A stretch of 44,802 nt of DNA from a virus (IMGVR_UViG_3300043178_000202:1-44802), one strand, 5' to 3'. Positions 27,801 to 36,590 are shown, counted from the stretch's first letter. Notes: a model not told the origin generated them from the letters alone. Numbers and translations are program-made.

Positions 27801-30800
27801 TGCGCGCCCATGGCGTCCCGATGCGCGAATCGATCGTCCGAGACGGGCTCGCGCTGGCGCGTCTCCATCCGTCGCTCTTCGAGCGAGTGGTGGACGGTCG
27901 TCTGCCCGCGGATCGCGGGATCATCATCGGGCAACGCCTCGCCGGTCCGGATGTCCAGTGGCAGTTCTTCCAGCTCCTGCAGAAGGCCGAGCGGCGCCGC
28001 GCCCTCACCTCGGGGCAGATCGACGAGCTGGCGACCATGGCGGCCTCGGCGCCCACGCGCCAGACCACGACCCTCACGCTCTTCGGTCCCGAGCGCACGA
28101 CGACGTCGCTCGCGTTCGACCTCGCACGGCTGGCCGCGGACATCCGGCAACGGCTGAGTCAGGACCGTCGTCTCTTCGGGACCGTCAGCCGCACCGGCGC
28201 CGCCACACGGCTGGAGGCCGAGGGCAGTCGCATCGACGTGGAGCGGGCGCGTGCCGTCAGCGCAGAGGCCGGCGCGATCCTGGCCCTCTTCGACCGCCTG
28301 AAATACGTGTCTGGGCCGATCTACGACGCGCTCCGCACGGGGGCCGAACAGCTCGCAGAGGGGAGATCCGCCGATGTCGTCCGCATCCGGACCTACCAGG
28401 CCATCCGTCAGGCCCTTCCCCGCCTTCTCGGCTCGGGACCGGGCGATCGTGTTGCGGGCGGTCCAGACGTTCGTCCCGTACCTCCGCCCGATCGGGGCGG
28501 GGCGCCAGGCGAGGCTCCGCCTCCCGCTCCGCCCCCCGGGACACATGCCGGCCGTCGGCCCGCGCGCCCCCGCCCCGCCCCGACCACGACGATAACGCCG
28601 CGGGCGCCCGCGCCCCAGGAGACGCCGGCCCGGGCCGCGCTCGTGCCCGCGGAGTCCCCGCCCATGGGTCCGGGCGAGGCGGCGCCGGCCGTCCAGCGGC
28701 CGGAGGCGCCGCCTCCGGCGCCCGAGGCGCCCGCGGCAGCGACGCGCCGCAAGGCGCCCGAGCCCCCACCGCCCACCGAGGCCGTGGATCCGGCGCTCCG
28801 GGCGCTGGCCGAGCAACCCCTCTGGCGTCTCACGGCGGACCAATATCGGCAGCTCCAGGCCGCCGGCCTCGTCCGCGCGCCGATGCCGCCCATCCCATCG
28901 GCGGCGGCCCCGGGCTCGTCCTGGCGTCCCCCTCGCCGTCCGGACGCCTCCCCCGAGACGGAGCGCCTCGGGCGCGCGGCCTACCGCGACCTCATCGAGC
29001 TGCGACGGCGCCTCCCCGATGCGGAGCGCCCCATCCGGGGCCTCATCGGCGGGGCGGGCGTCAGGACGCTCGGGGCGGTGCTGGCCCAGGAGCTGCCCAC
29101 GCGCGGGCGGGTCGATCTCCGCGGTCAGGTGGTGCGCACTCACGGCGATCTCGCGCAGCTCGCGCAGATCTTCCGCGACCCTCGCCTCGAGACCCTGCGC
29201 GTCATCTACCTGCGCGGGCGCCAGATCCTCGATCACGAGGGGTTCAGCCTCCGGCTGCCGGCCGTCGCGAGCATGTTCCTCCATGGCTCGATGGCGCGCG
29301 ATCTGGCGGCGATGCGCGTTCGCATGGCCCGGCTCGGCGCCGATGGCTACTATCTCCTGCACAATCACCCGAGCGGCGTTCCGCGACCCTCGGCCGAAGA
29401 CCGCAGCTTGACGCGGGACGTCGCCGCCCGCGTGCCCGGTCTCCGCGGCCATGTCATCATCGACCACGGGACCTATGCCCTCATCACCGCGCGGGACCAC
29501 GTCCGGGTCTACCCGCTGCCTGGGCGCCCGACGAAGACTCCGCGCATCGCCCCGGTCCTGCCGCATCCGTGGCTGGCTCGCACCGCCATGGATCCCGGTG
29601 CGCTCGCCCGCCTCGCGCGTGATGTGCAGACGCCCGAGGGATGGGCGACGATCGTCTACCTGAATGCCCAGGGACAGATCGCCGCGATCCAGGAGGCCTC
29701 CGAACGGTTCTTCCTCGAGCGCCCGCGGGACTTCGTGAGTTACCTGCGCGGGCGGCGGCGCGTGTTCGGCGCCCCCCTGGTCGCGCTCGCGGTCGATGGC
29801 CGGCATCCCGAGCTCCTGCGCCTGGGCGAGGCCATGGTGCGCGACGGCCTGGCGATCGACGTGATCGACCGGGTTTCGGGTCGCGGCCTCCCGGCCGAGC
29901 TGCCGCGCGACCTGGACTTGGCGTATGCCGGCCCACTCCGCGTCCGCCGGGTCCACGAGCCGATCCCGCCCTACCCGACGCCGCACTACCAGGCCGTGCG
30001 CCAGGCCCTCCTGGAGGGTCTCCTCACGCCGAAGCAGGCCCGGGCGCTGGGACACTTCGACGCCTACCCCGATCTGGCCGACCTCGTCGTGGCTCGGCCC
30101 GCGCCGCCGCCCGCCGAACCGGCCCGCTCTCCCGAGGCGACCGCGCCCCCGCCGCCCCCGACGGCGCCCCCGGCCACGCCTCGGCCCGAGCTTCCGCCGC
30201 CGCGCCTCGAACCGCCTCCGGCCGACCGCATCCCCCGCACGACAGGCCGGGCCGGCGGAGACATCGGGACGAATCTGGACCGCCTCGACACGACGCCGGA
30301 GATCAAGGACCTCTACAGCCAGGTCGTGGAACAGAACCCCGCGCGCATGATGGCCGCGCGCCGGGGCCGGATGACGTTCGACGAGATCATCCGACTCTCG
30401 CGCGAAGTCGGCCTCGATGAAGACGCGATTCGTCGGCGTGCGGTGGGCGAAGTCTTCAATGCCGAGCAGATCGTCCGCGCGCGCGACCTCCTGCTCGCCT
30501 CCACGCAGCGGCTCCAGACCCTCCTGGAGGAGGCCCGCGCCTTCGAGCGCCGAGGCGAGGAGATTCCCGAGGCGCTCGTCCAGCGCTTCGCGGAGGCGGT
30601 GGCGCATCACGTGCCGCTCCATGCCCAGGTCGATGGCGCGACCACGGAGATCGCGCGCGCGCTGGCCGCGCATCGCATCCTGGCGCAGGCCGCGCGGTCC
30701 CCCGCGCTCCGCGATTCCGGAACGCGCGCGGCGCTGGAGATGCTCGCGGGGGAATCGCAGGCCATCCGCGGCGACCTGGGGCCCACGCAGATGGCGACGG

Positions 30801-32596
30801 CGGTAGCGCGAGCCCGGCAGGTCATGCGGCTCGCCGCGGCGGTCCCTGACCAGGATGTCCGCGGCCTCAATCTCTTCCTGCGTCGCGTTCAGGAGCGTCG
30901 CTGGGCCGATCGGATTTTCGAAGCCTGGATGGCGAGCATCCTGTCGGGACCCCGCACGCATCTGGCGAACATCGCGGGCAACACCCTCTTCCTGATGATG
31001 ACCACGGCGGAGCGCGGCCTCGCGGGCGCCATCGATGCCGTGCAGGCGCGCGTGACCGGACGGCCGCGCGAGGTCTTCGCGAGAGAAGCCATCGCCGAGC
31101 TCGCGGGCATGTGGAACGCGCTCGTGAGCGGGCGGGCCATGGGGAAAGCCGCGCTCGCGTGGCGCCTGGAGATGGAAGGGGGCAAGCTGGATCGTGCCAG
31201 CCCGCTGCCGGCCATTCCGGGTCCCACGGGTCGCCTCATCCGCATCCCGCTCCGGGCGCTCAGCGCCGAAGATGCGTTCTTCAAGGCCCTCGTCTGGGAG
31301 ACCGAGATGCATGCGGGCGCCTTCCGGATCGCCGCCCGCGAAGGTCTCGCGGGCGACGCGCTCGCGCGCCGCGTGGCGGCGCTCATCCAGGACCCGACGC
31401 CCGGGATGCTCCTGCGCGCCGAGCATCAGATGCAATACCGGACCTTCCAGGCCGAACTCGGCCCCATCGGCCGATGGGTCCTCGCAGGCCGCGCGCTCAT
31501 CCCGTTCGCACGGTATCTGGTGCCCTTCGTCCGGACTGTGACGAACATCACGACCGCGACGCTGGAACGCACGCCATGGGGATTCGCGCCGATCGGCGTC
31601 AAGGCGCTCCGCGGCGAGGCGCATCACGGGCAGCCCCATCTCGGCGACGTGCCGATCGCGCCCGCGGAATCGCTGGCACGGCCCATCCTGGGCTCCATCA
31701 TCATGCTGACATTCGGCGCCCTCGCCGCGAACGCGATCATGATGGGCGGCGGTGGCGTCACGCCCCGCAACCTCCTCCGCGCGCAAGAAGAGACGGGCGA
31801 GGCGCTGCGATACAGCCTCCCGATCCCCGGCACCGGCTGGCGCTTCGGCGTCAATCGCTTGGAACCGGTCGGCGCGCTCCTCGGCATGGCTGCGGATATC
31901 GTCGAACTCGAGCGGCGGAACGAGCATGCCCGCGCCGCGCAGCTCGCGGATGCGATGATGCGGGCCATCGTCACGAATCTGACGAACAAGACCTTTCTGT
32001 CCGGGCTCTTGCAGCTCTCGGCCCTCGTCAACGATCCGCTGCGGTACGGCGAGTCCTGGCTCCAGGGACAGGGGCGGTCCATCATCCCGTATGGCGGGTT
32101 GGTGGGCAGCCTCGCGCGGGGCCTCGATCCGGTGGAGCGCCAGGTCGAGGGGCCGCTGGCGGCCATCCGGGCCCAGATCCCCATCGCGCGCACGTGGCTT
32201 CCGCCGCGCCTCGGCCTCCTCGGGGAGCCCATCGTCTCGCAGGAGGCCGGCCTCGTGCGGGCGATCTCGCCCGTCCGGTTCAGTCGACTCCGAGAAGACC
32301 GCGCCGCCGAGCGCATGCTCACGGCGCTCGGCATCGTCCCGGAAGGCGCTCCGCGCGTGATCCATCTCCAGGATCGGGCCATCGACCTGACGCCGGAGGA
32401 GCGCATGCGCTACCACCAGACATGGGGCCAGCGCGCGAAGTCGCAGCTCCTCCGCGCCTACGACAGCGACTGGTACCGCCAGCTCGACCGCGACCAGCAG
32501 CGCGAGGTGGCGCAGGACATCATCCGCGACGCCAAGCGCGCGACCCATCCGATGCTGGTCGAGATGGTCCGGACACGCGTGGGGGCGGGCCGATGA
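24896..32596 (+). CDS. Large polyvalent internal virion/ejection protein (ParB-like, RadC/JAB and LPD38-like domains)
   Basis: 2566 aa. EPQRFQYK...VVNGHHR (ParB-like), E...LHNHPSG.P.PS.ED...HVII (RadC/JAB), LSGP.TH..NI.GN and NRLEPVG.LLG..AD...NKTFLSGL (LPD38-like). Confidence 0.85.
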   Translation: MPVGVAELDALHGIRRDASPPRDRGVSVEELDRLFGVTRPGIGPIPETVFPEAPPPDVAASAPASEPEAPRPAAPPWSEQVLQAVREAAQAVGEAGSRLVRPPHLPPGVPAEARPSPVIVSTGPPVAGPPPGARREVPPAEARPMPEVLAGNREAPVAEPLRAPTGPAPAGPAPVVPTRITLDPSALPAGQLGYATTPPGREAILAGKATVPIRAIMPPVRIPAEAAQPSEPGSVETPPGPPRPLPSVVRDPLVRAAIRGISASTLGQLASRLATPEAREALAALHAEATQHPPRTFTEQAMEILGSVGPELPFFALGLGPAAAVSAATRRAGARALATLLDAYRQRMVAQWTARGLSEAAAERVALKALARQAGTIRAVAGPILSGAERAAGGAALFTPQAAIHEGVRQATEAALRDGLDPEAFLEAIGHSALTGAGMAVGAGLGAAVPGTTAIAQAGRLGATLAGETLGMAAGGAAAEGRLPTVEDVRQAGTAVAALQPLKAGQALAALQRWRATRDAARAATVPETPDAVRYQLQALVRGRKPAVEVPIELTPLDGPDLRARGGRIRSVVVSNGNRLYYRTDAMRTLMGDPRATGRELDAWVTEQYAQGRAGLLLGYGVPEKPPPTAPTAVVQVQDAQGREVQTVLARPEEVGRVVASVQPVTPPGGHVEVTPPPESAGAILDTLRTRLAETPSPSAPVPIQPPASQAFVTALADEVERRVVQALQEAGLGPARPAASDAAPARALPPPARPLELTERPAAPASVPPLPEPPAPPRAAIPLAPAVPPPQMLAPGEAMMTVRRPAPEGPGGASAPESGEATTPARPPAPPAAPGPSRVREVPLQELDLEPQRFQYKLGSDRRTGTTGAVTGVTRWDPHLAGAVAVWRDPADQRLKVVNGHHRVDLARRLAAAGDPSAPDRIAVLEIQAENAAQARAVGALINIAEGRGTPLDAGRFFRDTGMTAEDLRAHGVPMRESIVRDGLALARLHPSLFERVVDGRLPADRGIIIGQRLAGPDVQWQFFQLLQKAERRRALTSGQIDELATMAASAPTRQTTTLTLFGPERTTTSLAFDLARLAADIRQRLSQDRRLFGTVSRTGAATRLEAEGSRIDVERARAVSAEAGAILALFDRLKYVSGPIYDALRTGAEQLAEGRSADVVRIRTYQAIRQALPRLLGSGPGDRVAGGPDVRPVPPPDRGGAPGEAPPPAPPPGTHAGRRPARPRPAPTTTITPRAPAPQETPARAALVPAESPPMGPGEAAPAVQRPEAPPPAPEAPAAATRRKAPEPPPPTEAVDPALRALAEQPLWRLTADQYRQLQAAGLVRAPMPPIPSAAAPGSSWRPPRRPDASPETERLGRAAYRDLIELRRRLPDAERPIRGLIGGAGVRTLGAVLAQELPTRGRVDLRGQVVRTHGDLAQLAQIFRDPRLETLRVIYLRGRQILDHEGFSLRLPAVASMFLHGSMARDLAAMRVRMARLGADGYYLLHNHPSGVPRPSAEDRSLTRDVAARVPGLRGHVIIDHGTYALITARDHVRVYPLPGRPTKTPRIAPVLPHPWLARTAMDPGALARLARDVQTPEGWATIVYLNAQGQIAAIQEASERFFLERPRDFVSYLRGRRRVFGAPLVALAVDGRHPELLRLGEAMVRDGLAIDVIDRVSGRGLPAELPRDLDLAYAGPLRVRRVHEPIPPYPTPHYQAVRQALLEGLLTPKQARALGHFDAYPDLADLVVARPAPPPAEPARSPEATAPPPPPTAPPATPRPELPPPRLEPPPADRIPRTTGRAGGDIGTNLDRLDTTPEIKDLYSQVVEQNPARMMAARRGRMTFDEIIRLSREVGLDEDAIRRRAVGEVFNAEQIVRARDLLLASTQRLQTLLEEARAFERRGEEIPEALVQRFAEAVAHHVPLHAQVDGATTEIARALAAHRILAQAARSPALRDSGTRAALEMLAGESQAIRGDLGPTQMATAVARARQVMRLAAAVPDQDVRGLNLFLRRVQERRWADRIFEAWMASILSGPRTHLANIAGNTLFLMMTTAERGLAGAIDAVQARVTGRPREVFAREAIAELAGMWNALVSGRAMGKAALAWRLEMEGGKLDRASPLPAIPGPTGRLIRIPLRALSAEDAFFKALVWETEMHAGAFRIAAREGLAGDALARRVAALIQDPTPGMLLRAEHQMQYRTFQAELGPIGRWVLAGRALIPFARYLVPFVRTVTNITTATLERTPWGFAPIGVKALRGEAHHGQPHLGDVPIAPAESLARPILGSIIMLTFGALAANAIMMGGGGVTPRNLLRAQEETGEALRYSLPIPGTGWRFGVNRLEPVGALLGMAADIVELERRNEHARAAQLADAMMRAIVTNLTNKTFLSGLLQLSALVNDPLRYGESWLQGQGRSIIPYGGLVGSLARGLDPVERQVEGPLAAIRAQIPIARTWLPPRLGLLGEPIVSQEAGLVRAISPVRFSRLREDRAAERMLTALGIVPEGAPRVIHLQDRAIDLTPEERMRYHQTWGQRAKSQLLRAYDSDWYRQLDRDQQREVAQDIIRDAKRATHPMLVEMVRTRVGAGR

Positions 32597-32934
32597 TGCC
32601 CGGGCCCGAGCCCGTCGAGGTCCAGAACGGCCTGCGCCTGCGCGCGGGCGGCGTGCGGGTCGTCGCCACGGGGCGCGACGTCGTGCTGCTCGTGGTCATC
32701 GCGCTGGGCTTCATCCTGGTCGTCATGAGCCTGCGGGACCTCCGGGCCGACCTCGTGGCGCGGGGCGGCGAGCATCAGCAGCTGCTCCAGGCCCAGCACG
32801 GGTTGACGTGCATCCTGGCGCTGCCGATCGAGCAGCGCGCGGCCGCCGTCCGGTACGCCCAGAGCGGATCCGGGACGGTCTGTGACTATGTCGTGCTCTA
32901 CGCGATCGGGCCCGATCTCCGGCGGCCCCGATGA
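32593..32934 (+). CDS. Single-pass membrane protein (lysis cassette)
   Basis: VVLLVVIALGFILVVMSL transmembrane segment. Confidence 0.6.
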   Translation: MMPGPEPVEVQNGLRLRAGGVRVVATGRDVVLLVVIALGFILVVMSLRDLRADLVARGGEHQQLLQAQHGLTCILALPIEQRAAAVRYAQSGSGTVCDYVVLYAIGPDLRRPR

Positions 32935-32944
32935 GGAGCGGCGC

Positions 32945-33241
32945 ATGGCCCTCGATGTCTGGTTCATGCTGGGCGGGATCCTCGGTGCGCTGATCCGCCG
33001 CTGGCGGGCGACGGACGAAGCCAGCGACTGGCGGCGGTACGTGCTGGACGCGGCCCTCGCGGCGCTCGGCGGGCCGCTCCTCGCGTCGCTCGGGACCTCG
33101 ACCGGATGGATCCCCGAAGACGCCTGGCGGGCGCTGACGAGCACCCCGCTCCGGGCGATCGCGCTCGGGGCCATTCCGGCCTACATGGGCCTCGATCTCT
33201 TGACCCTGAGCTCGGCGCGCTGGCGGGGGACCGCCCAATGA
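32945..33241 (+). CDS. Putative holin (about 3 TM segments)
   Basis: GAGGAG RBS, 98 aa, three hydrophobic segments and a basic C-terminus. Confidence 0.6.
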   Translation: MALDVWFMLGGILGALIRRWRATDEASDWRRYVLDAALAALGGPLLASLGTSTGWIPEDAWRALTSTPLRAIALGAIPAYMGLDLLTLSSARWRGTAQ

Positions 33242-33636
33242 TCCGCCGCATCGCCCGCCTCGCGGCATGCCTGGGGCTGCTCCTCGCCCACGCGGCCGGG
33301 GCCGATCCGTGCTGGCGGGGCTGGATCGTCACGGCCGAGGCCATCGATGGCGACACCGTCGAGGTCGAGGTCGCCTGGGCCCCGGGTCTCACGCTCCGCG
33401 ATCGGGTCCGGCTCCGCGGCGTCGATGTGCCGAACCCGCAGGGCCCGACCCGCGCCGCGGGCGAGGCCGCTGGCGCCTTCACCCGGCAGTGGCTCGCCGA
33501 GGCCGGGGCTCTGGAGGTCGTCGTCTGTCAGCCCGCGCGCGATGCGTTCGGTCGGCTTCTCGGGCATCTCGTGTCGCAGACGAAGGGCGATCTCGGCGCG
33601 GCGCTCGTCGCCGCAGGACACGCCCGGCCCCGGTAG
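33238..33636 (+). CDS. Secreted thermonuclease (SNase)-like protein
   Basis: Signal peptide, IDGDTV, VRLRGVDVP, RDAFGRLL and LVAAGHA. Confidence 0.85.
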   Translation: MIRRIARLAACLGLLLAHAAGADPCWRGWIVTAEAIDGDTVEVEVAWAPGLTLRDRVRLRGVDVPNPQGPTRAAGEAAGAFTRQWLAEAGALEVVVCQPARDAFGRLLGHLVSQTKGDLGAALVAAGHARPR

Positions 33637-33640
33637 CCGC

Positions 33641-34216
33641 ATGATACAGGTCGTCGCGCTCCCGGATGTCAGACGGCGCCGAGGGGCGCCGGAGGCGAGC
33701 CTGGCGCCGTTCTTCGCCAGGCTGCATCGGCGGCTCTGGACGGAGGTCGTCGCCATCGCGATCTCGTGGCCGCGCCTCGACAAGGCCCTCGTCGCGCTGA
33801 TCGGGCCACGGTGGGCCCTCGGCCGCTGGCGGGTGAGCGGCATGGTCCGGCGCGCCCTCGCGGACCCACTGCGGACGATCCTCGTCGGCCATGGCGACGG
33901 CGCGCGCATCGTCCATGATGTGGCCCGCGTGCAGCCGGTCGGGCTCCTCGTCACCATGGGCACGGGATCGGCGGCGCTGGGCTACGGCCGGCATGCGCCG
34001 GCCGCCGAGACCATCCCGCCGGCAAGTCCGTGGCTCCATCTCGGCCGGCCTGGCGACCCGTGGGCCGGGCCCGTGAGCCGGGCCTGCATGATCTGGCTCC
34101 CCGACCGGGGCCTCGGCGGGCTCGACGCGCACGACGGTACGGCCTACTGGACCGAGGATGCCGCGGAGGCGATCGCGCGGGCGTGGCATCGACGGCACGA
34201 CGAGGCCATGGCATGA
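33641..34216 (+). CDS. Alpha/beta-hydrolase-like protein, probably catalytically degenerate
   Basis: ILVGHGDG (nucleophile elbow lacking Ser), LLVTMGT, GDPW and AH...YW. Confidence 0.55.
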   Translation: MIQVVALPDVRRRRGAPEASLAPFFARLHRRLWTEVVAIAISWPRLDKALVALIGPRWALGRWRVSGMVRRALADPLRTILVGHGDGARIVHDVARVQPVGLLVTMGTGSAALGYGRHAPAAETIPPASPWLHLGRPGDPWAGPVSRACMIWLPDRGLGGLDAHDGTAYWTEDAAEAIARAWHRRHDEAMA

Positions 34217-34707
34217 CGTTCGAGCAGGCCGTCGCGTTCGTCCTGGAGGCCGAGGGCGAGGGTGGGGCGGAGGATCCGCGAGACCCCGGGGGACGTACGC
34301 GCTGGGGGATCAGCCAGCGGGCCCACCCGGATGTCGCGGTCGCGCGGTTGAGCCGGGACGAGGCGATCCGGCTCTACCACGAGCGCTACTGGGCGCCCTG
34401 CCGCTGCGCGGCGCTGCCGGGACCGCTCCGGCTCCCGCTCTTCGACGGCGCCGTGCAGCATGGGGTCGGGCAAGCCGTCCGGCTCGTCCAGCGGGCGCTG
34501 GGCGTCCGGGCGGACGGCGTAGTCGGCGAGGAGACGCTGCGGGCCGCCGCCGCGGCGCCCTGGGGCGACGTGCTGGTCCGGTACCTCGCGCTCCGCGAGC
34601 GGCTCTACGCGGGCCTCCCCCATGCGGCCGTCTACGGGATCGGGTGGGCGAGGCGGCTGTTCGCGTGTCAGCGCCGGGTCTACGAGGTCTGCGGGACAGG
34701 ACCATGA
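34213..34707 (+). CDS. Endolysin, glycoside hydrolase family 108 with a PG-binding domain
   Basis: EG...DPRDPGGRTRWGIS, Y..RYW, LFDGAVQHG, VQRALGV.ADGVVG..T and GWARR. Confidence 0.92.
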   Translation: MTFEQAVAFVLEAEGEGGAEDPRDPGGRTRWGISQRAHPDVAVARLSRDEAIRLYHERYWAPCRCAALPGPLRLPLFDGAVQHGVGQAVRLVQRALGVRADGVVGEETLRAAAAAPWGDVLVRYLALRERLYAGLPHAAVYGIGWARRLFACQRRVYEVCGTGP

Positions 34708-34916
34708 GGCGGCGGGCCTGGCTCGCGGGACTCATGGGTCTGCTGGCGGCCTGCAAGGGATGCGGGAGTGCCCCCGCGGGCCCGACGGAGGCGACGCCGG
34801 TCGTCGCGCAGGAGGTGGTGGACGCGGGCGGGCGCCTCGTGATGGCCGAGCTGACCGGCCTCCCGGCCCCGCTCAACGCGAACGACACGACCGCCCTCCG
34901 GGAGGCCCTCGCATGA
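34704..34916 (+). CDS. Small putative lipoprotein
   Basis: MRRRAWLAGLMGLLAAC lipobox. Confidence 0.55.
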   Translation: MRRRAWLAGLMGLLAACKGCGSAPAGPTEATPVVAQEVVDAGGRLVMAELTGLPAPLNANDTTALREALA

Positions 34917-35006
34917 CGCGCCTCGTCATCCTGTTGGCCTGCGTGCCGGAGCTCGGACTGGGGGGATGTGGGGGGCCGACGTGGCCGGACGCCTGGAGGA
35001 GACACG

Positions 35007-35327
35007 ATGCACGCCGTCCTGGGATGGCTCATTCGACATGCGGGATCGATCATCCTGCCGATCGTCTGGCGGCTCGTCGCGAGCGCCATCGGGATGACGC
35101 TGGAGCGGGCGATGCGCGTCACGCAGCGCATCGTGGATGAGCTGCGCGCCGACGGGACGCTGACCACCGCGGAGAAGCGGGCCCTGGCCGCGGCGCGCCT
35201 CAAGGCAGACCTCTTGCAACAGGGCACGGAACTGCGCGATTCGCTGGTGAATTTGCTCATCGAGCTGGCCGTGCAGGCGGGCAAGGACCTCGTGGGCGCC
35301 GTGCGTCGGGTGCATCCGCCGGCATGA
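35007..35327 (+). CDS. Holin-like protein (LL-H-type pattern)
   Basis: GGAGGAG RBS, N-terminal TM segment, then AEKR...LLIELAV. Confidence 0.55.
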   Translation: MHAVLGWLIRHAGSIILPIVWRLVASAIGMTLERAMRVTQRIVDELRADGTLTTAEKRALAAARLKADLLQQGTELRDSLVNLLIELAVQAGKDLVGAVRRVHPPA

Positions 35328-35665
35328 CATGGCTGGCGGGGCTCCTCCGGGCGGTGCCGGCCGCGATCCGGCTCGTCGCGGGCTGGCTTCTCTGGCGGCG
35401 CGGTTGGCAGGCCGGGCGGGAGGCGGTGGAGCGGCAGGTCGCGCAGGCGGAACGGGAGGCGCTCTATGAGGCCCTACGGCGACGGGATCGGATCGAGGCG
35501 GCCTCGGCGGAGATTCGCGCGGCACATGACCGGCTGGCTGCTCGGGCTCGGGATCGTGACCGGGTGTTCGGCCCTCCCGCCCCGTTCCGGGCCGACGCTC
35601 CCGATGCCGCTCTGCCCCCCGGAGCCCCCGGCAGGGGCGATCCTCCGCCGCCTGGAGGCGAATGA
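35324..35665 (+). CDS. Putative i-spanin (Rz-like)
   Basis: N-terminal TM segment, coiled coil, overlapped by a lipoprotein ORF. Confidence 0.65.
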   Translation: MTWLAGLLRAVPAAIRLVAGWLLWRRGWQAGREAVERQVAQAEREALYEALRRRDRIEAASAEIRAAHDRLAARARDRDRVFGPPAPFRADAPDAALPPGAPGRGDPPPPGGE

Positions 35666-35828
35666 TCCGCCCTATCTCCGGGGGGCCATACGGGTAACGT
35701 TGCCGTCGGGTGAGGAGGTGGTGGTCCTGAGAGACCAGGGCAGCCAGGAGGTTCTGGAACTCCTCCAGGACGCCCTGGCCTATCGCCGGTGGGGGCGAGA
35801 ATGTTGGGCGCGGACTGCGACACCCTAG
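35526..35828 (+). CDS. Putative o-spanin lipoprotein (Rz1-like)
   Basis: MTGWLLGLGIVTGC lipobox, Pro-rich, overlapping the Rz-like gene in another frame. Confidence 0.65.
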   Translation: MTGWLLGLGIVTGCSALPPRSGPTLPMPLCPPEPPAGAILRRLEANDPPYLRGAIRVTLPSGEEVVVLRDQGSQEVLELLQDALAYRRWGRECWARTATP

Positions 35829-35862
35829 TCGATCGCCTGGCGGTCATCCTGGGGGCGCTGGG

Positions 35863-36339
35863 GTGGGGGATCGGGCTGCTGACCGGCTGGGTCCTGGGCC
35901 GCCACTGCTCGTCACGCTGAGAACGGGCGCCGCGTGCCTGGGCCGCCCCTGCCGCGCCTGCGGGGCCATCATCTCGCCACGCCCCCGGGACTCGCGGCGC
36001 AGCTACCGGCGGCGCCAGTACTGCGACCGGGCCTGCCTGGCCCGCGACATGCGGCGCCGACGGTGTCTTGTCTGCACCCGCTACCTCCGCCGCAATCGCC
36101 GGTCCCATCGCTGCCGACCCGTCAAGCGTCCGACAGCCGCCCCGGCCTACCCCGGCGCCCAGATCTGGGGACCGCAGGAGGTCCCGCCCCGATGCCCGCG
36201 GGATGGGGGCCTGTGGCGGCCCATCCCGGGGGGGTTGGCCTGCTGGACCTGCTCCCGGGAGGTCTACGTGGCGGCCTGGCTGGCGGCGGTCGAGCGGGCC
36301 GCCGACCGCGGCACGACTCCCCCCACAGAAATCCCTTGA
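35863..36339 (+). CDS. Cys-rich Zn-finger hypothetical protein (start uncertain)
   Basis: CRAC, YCDRAC, CLVC, CPRD and CWTC motifs. Confidence 0.5.
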   Translation: MGDRAADRLGPGPPLLVTLRTGAACLGRPCRACGAIISPRPRDSRRSYRRRQYCDRACLARDMRRRRCLVCTRYLRRNRRSHRCRPVKRPTAAPAYPGAQIWGPQEVPPRCPRDGGLWRPIPGGLACWTCSREVYVAAWLAAVERAADRGTTPPTEIP

Positions 36340-36364
36340 CGCCCGCCCGATGCTGCGCTAGGCT
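36336..36364 (+). promoter_or_regulatory. Sigma70-type promoter for the early operon
   Basis: TTGACG-N17-TAGGCT, followed by GTCACC-GTCACC-GTCACA repeats and the Cro-like ATG. Confidence 0.7.
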
Positions 36365-36386
36365 GTCACCGTCACCGTCACAGCGT

Positions 36387-36590
36387 ATGCAGACACGTCC
36401 GAGCCGCCGTCCGATCCGCCGGGTCGTCATCGCGCGGAAGCGCGCGCTGCGGGCTCGCGGGCTGACGCTCCGTCAGCTGGCCGCGGCGGCCGGGTGCTCG
36501 TGGTCGATGGCCTACCACTGGACGAACGATCGGCGACGGTCGCGGCGCCTGGACGACGTCTTCCGGCGGCTGACGAGCGGGGCCCCATGA
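36387..36590 (+). CDS. Cro-like HTH regulator
   Basis: RARGLTLRQLAAAAGCSWSMAYHW HTH. First gene after the promoter. Confidence 0.75.
   Translation: MQTRPSRRPIRRVVIARKRALRARGLTLRQLAAAAGCSWSMAYHWTNDRRRSRRLDDVFRRLTSGAP

Noticed and set aside
24824-32548. 2574-aa minus-strand ORF, and other long antisense ORFs (313-2283, 2863-4563, 9027-11204, 14974-17076)
   Set aside because: These are antisense shadows of real genes in very GC-rich DNA. They are Arg/Gly/Pro-rich with no motifs or RBS.
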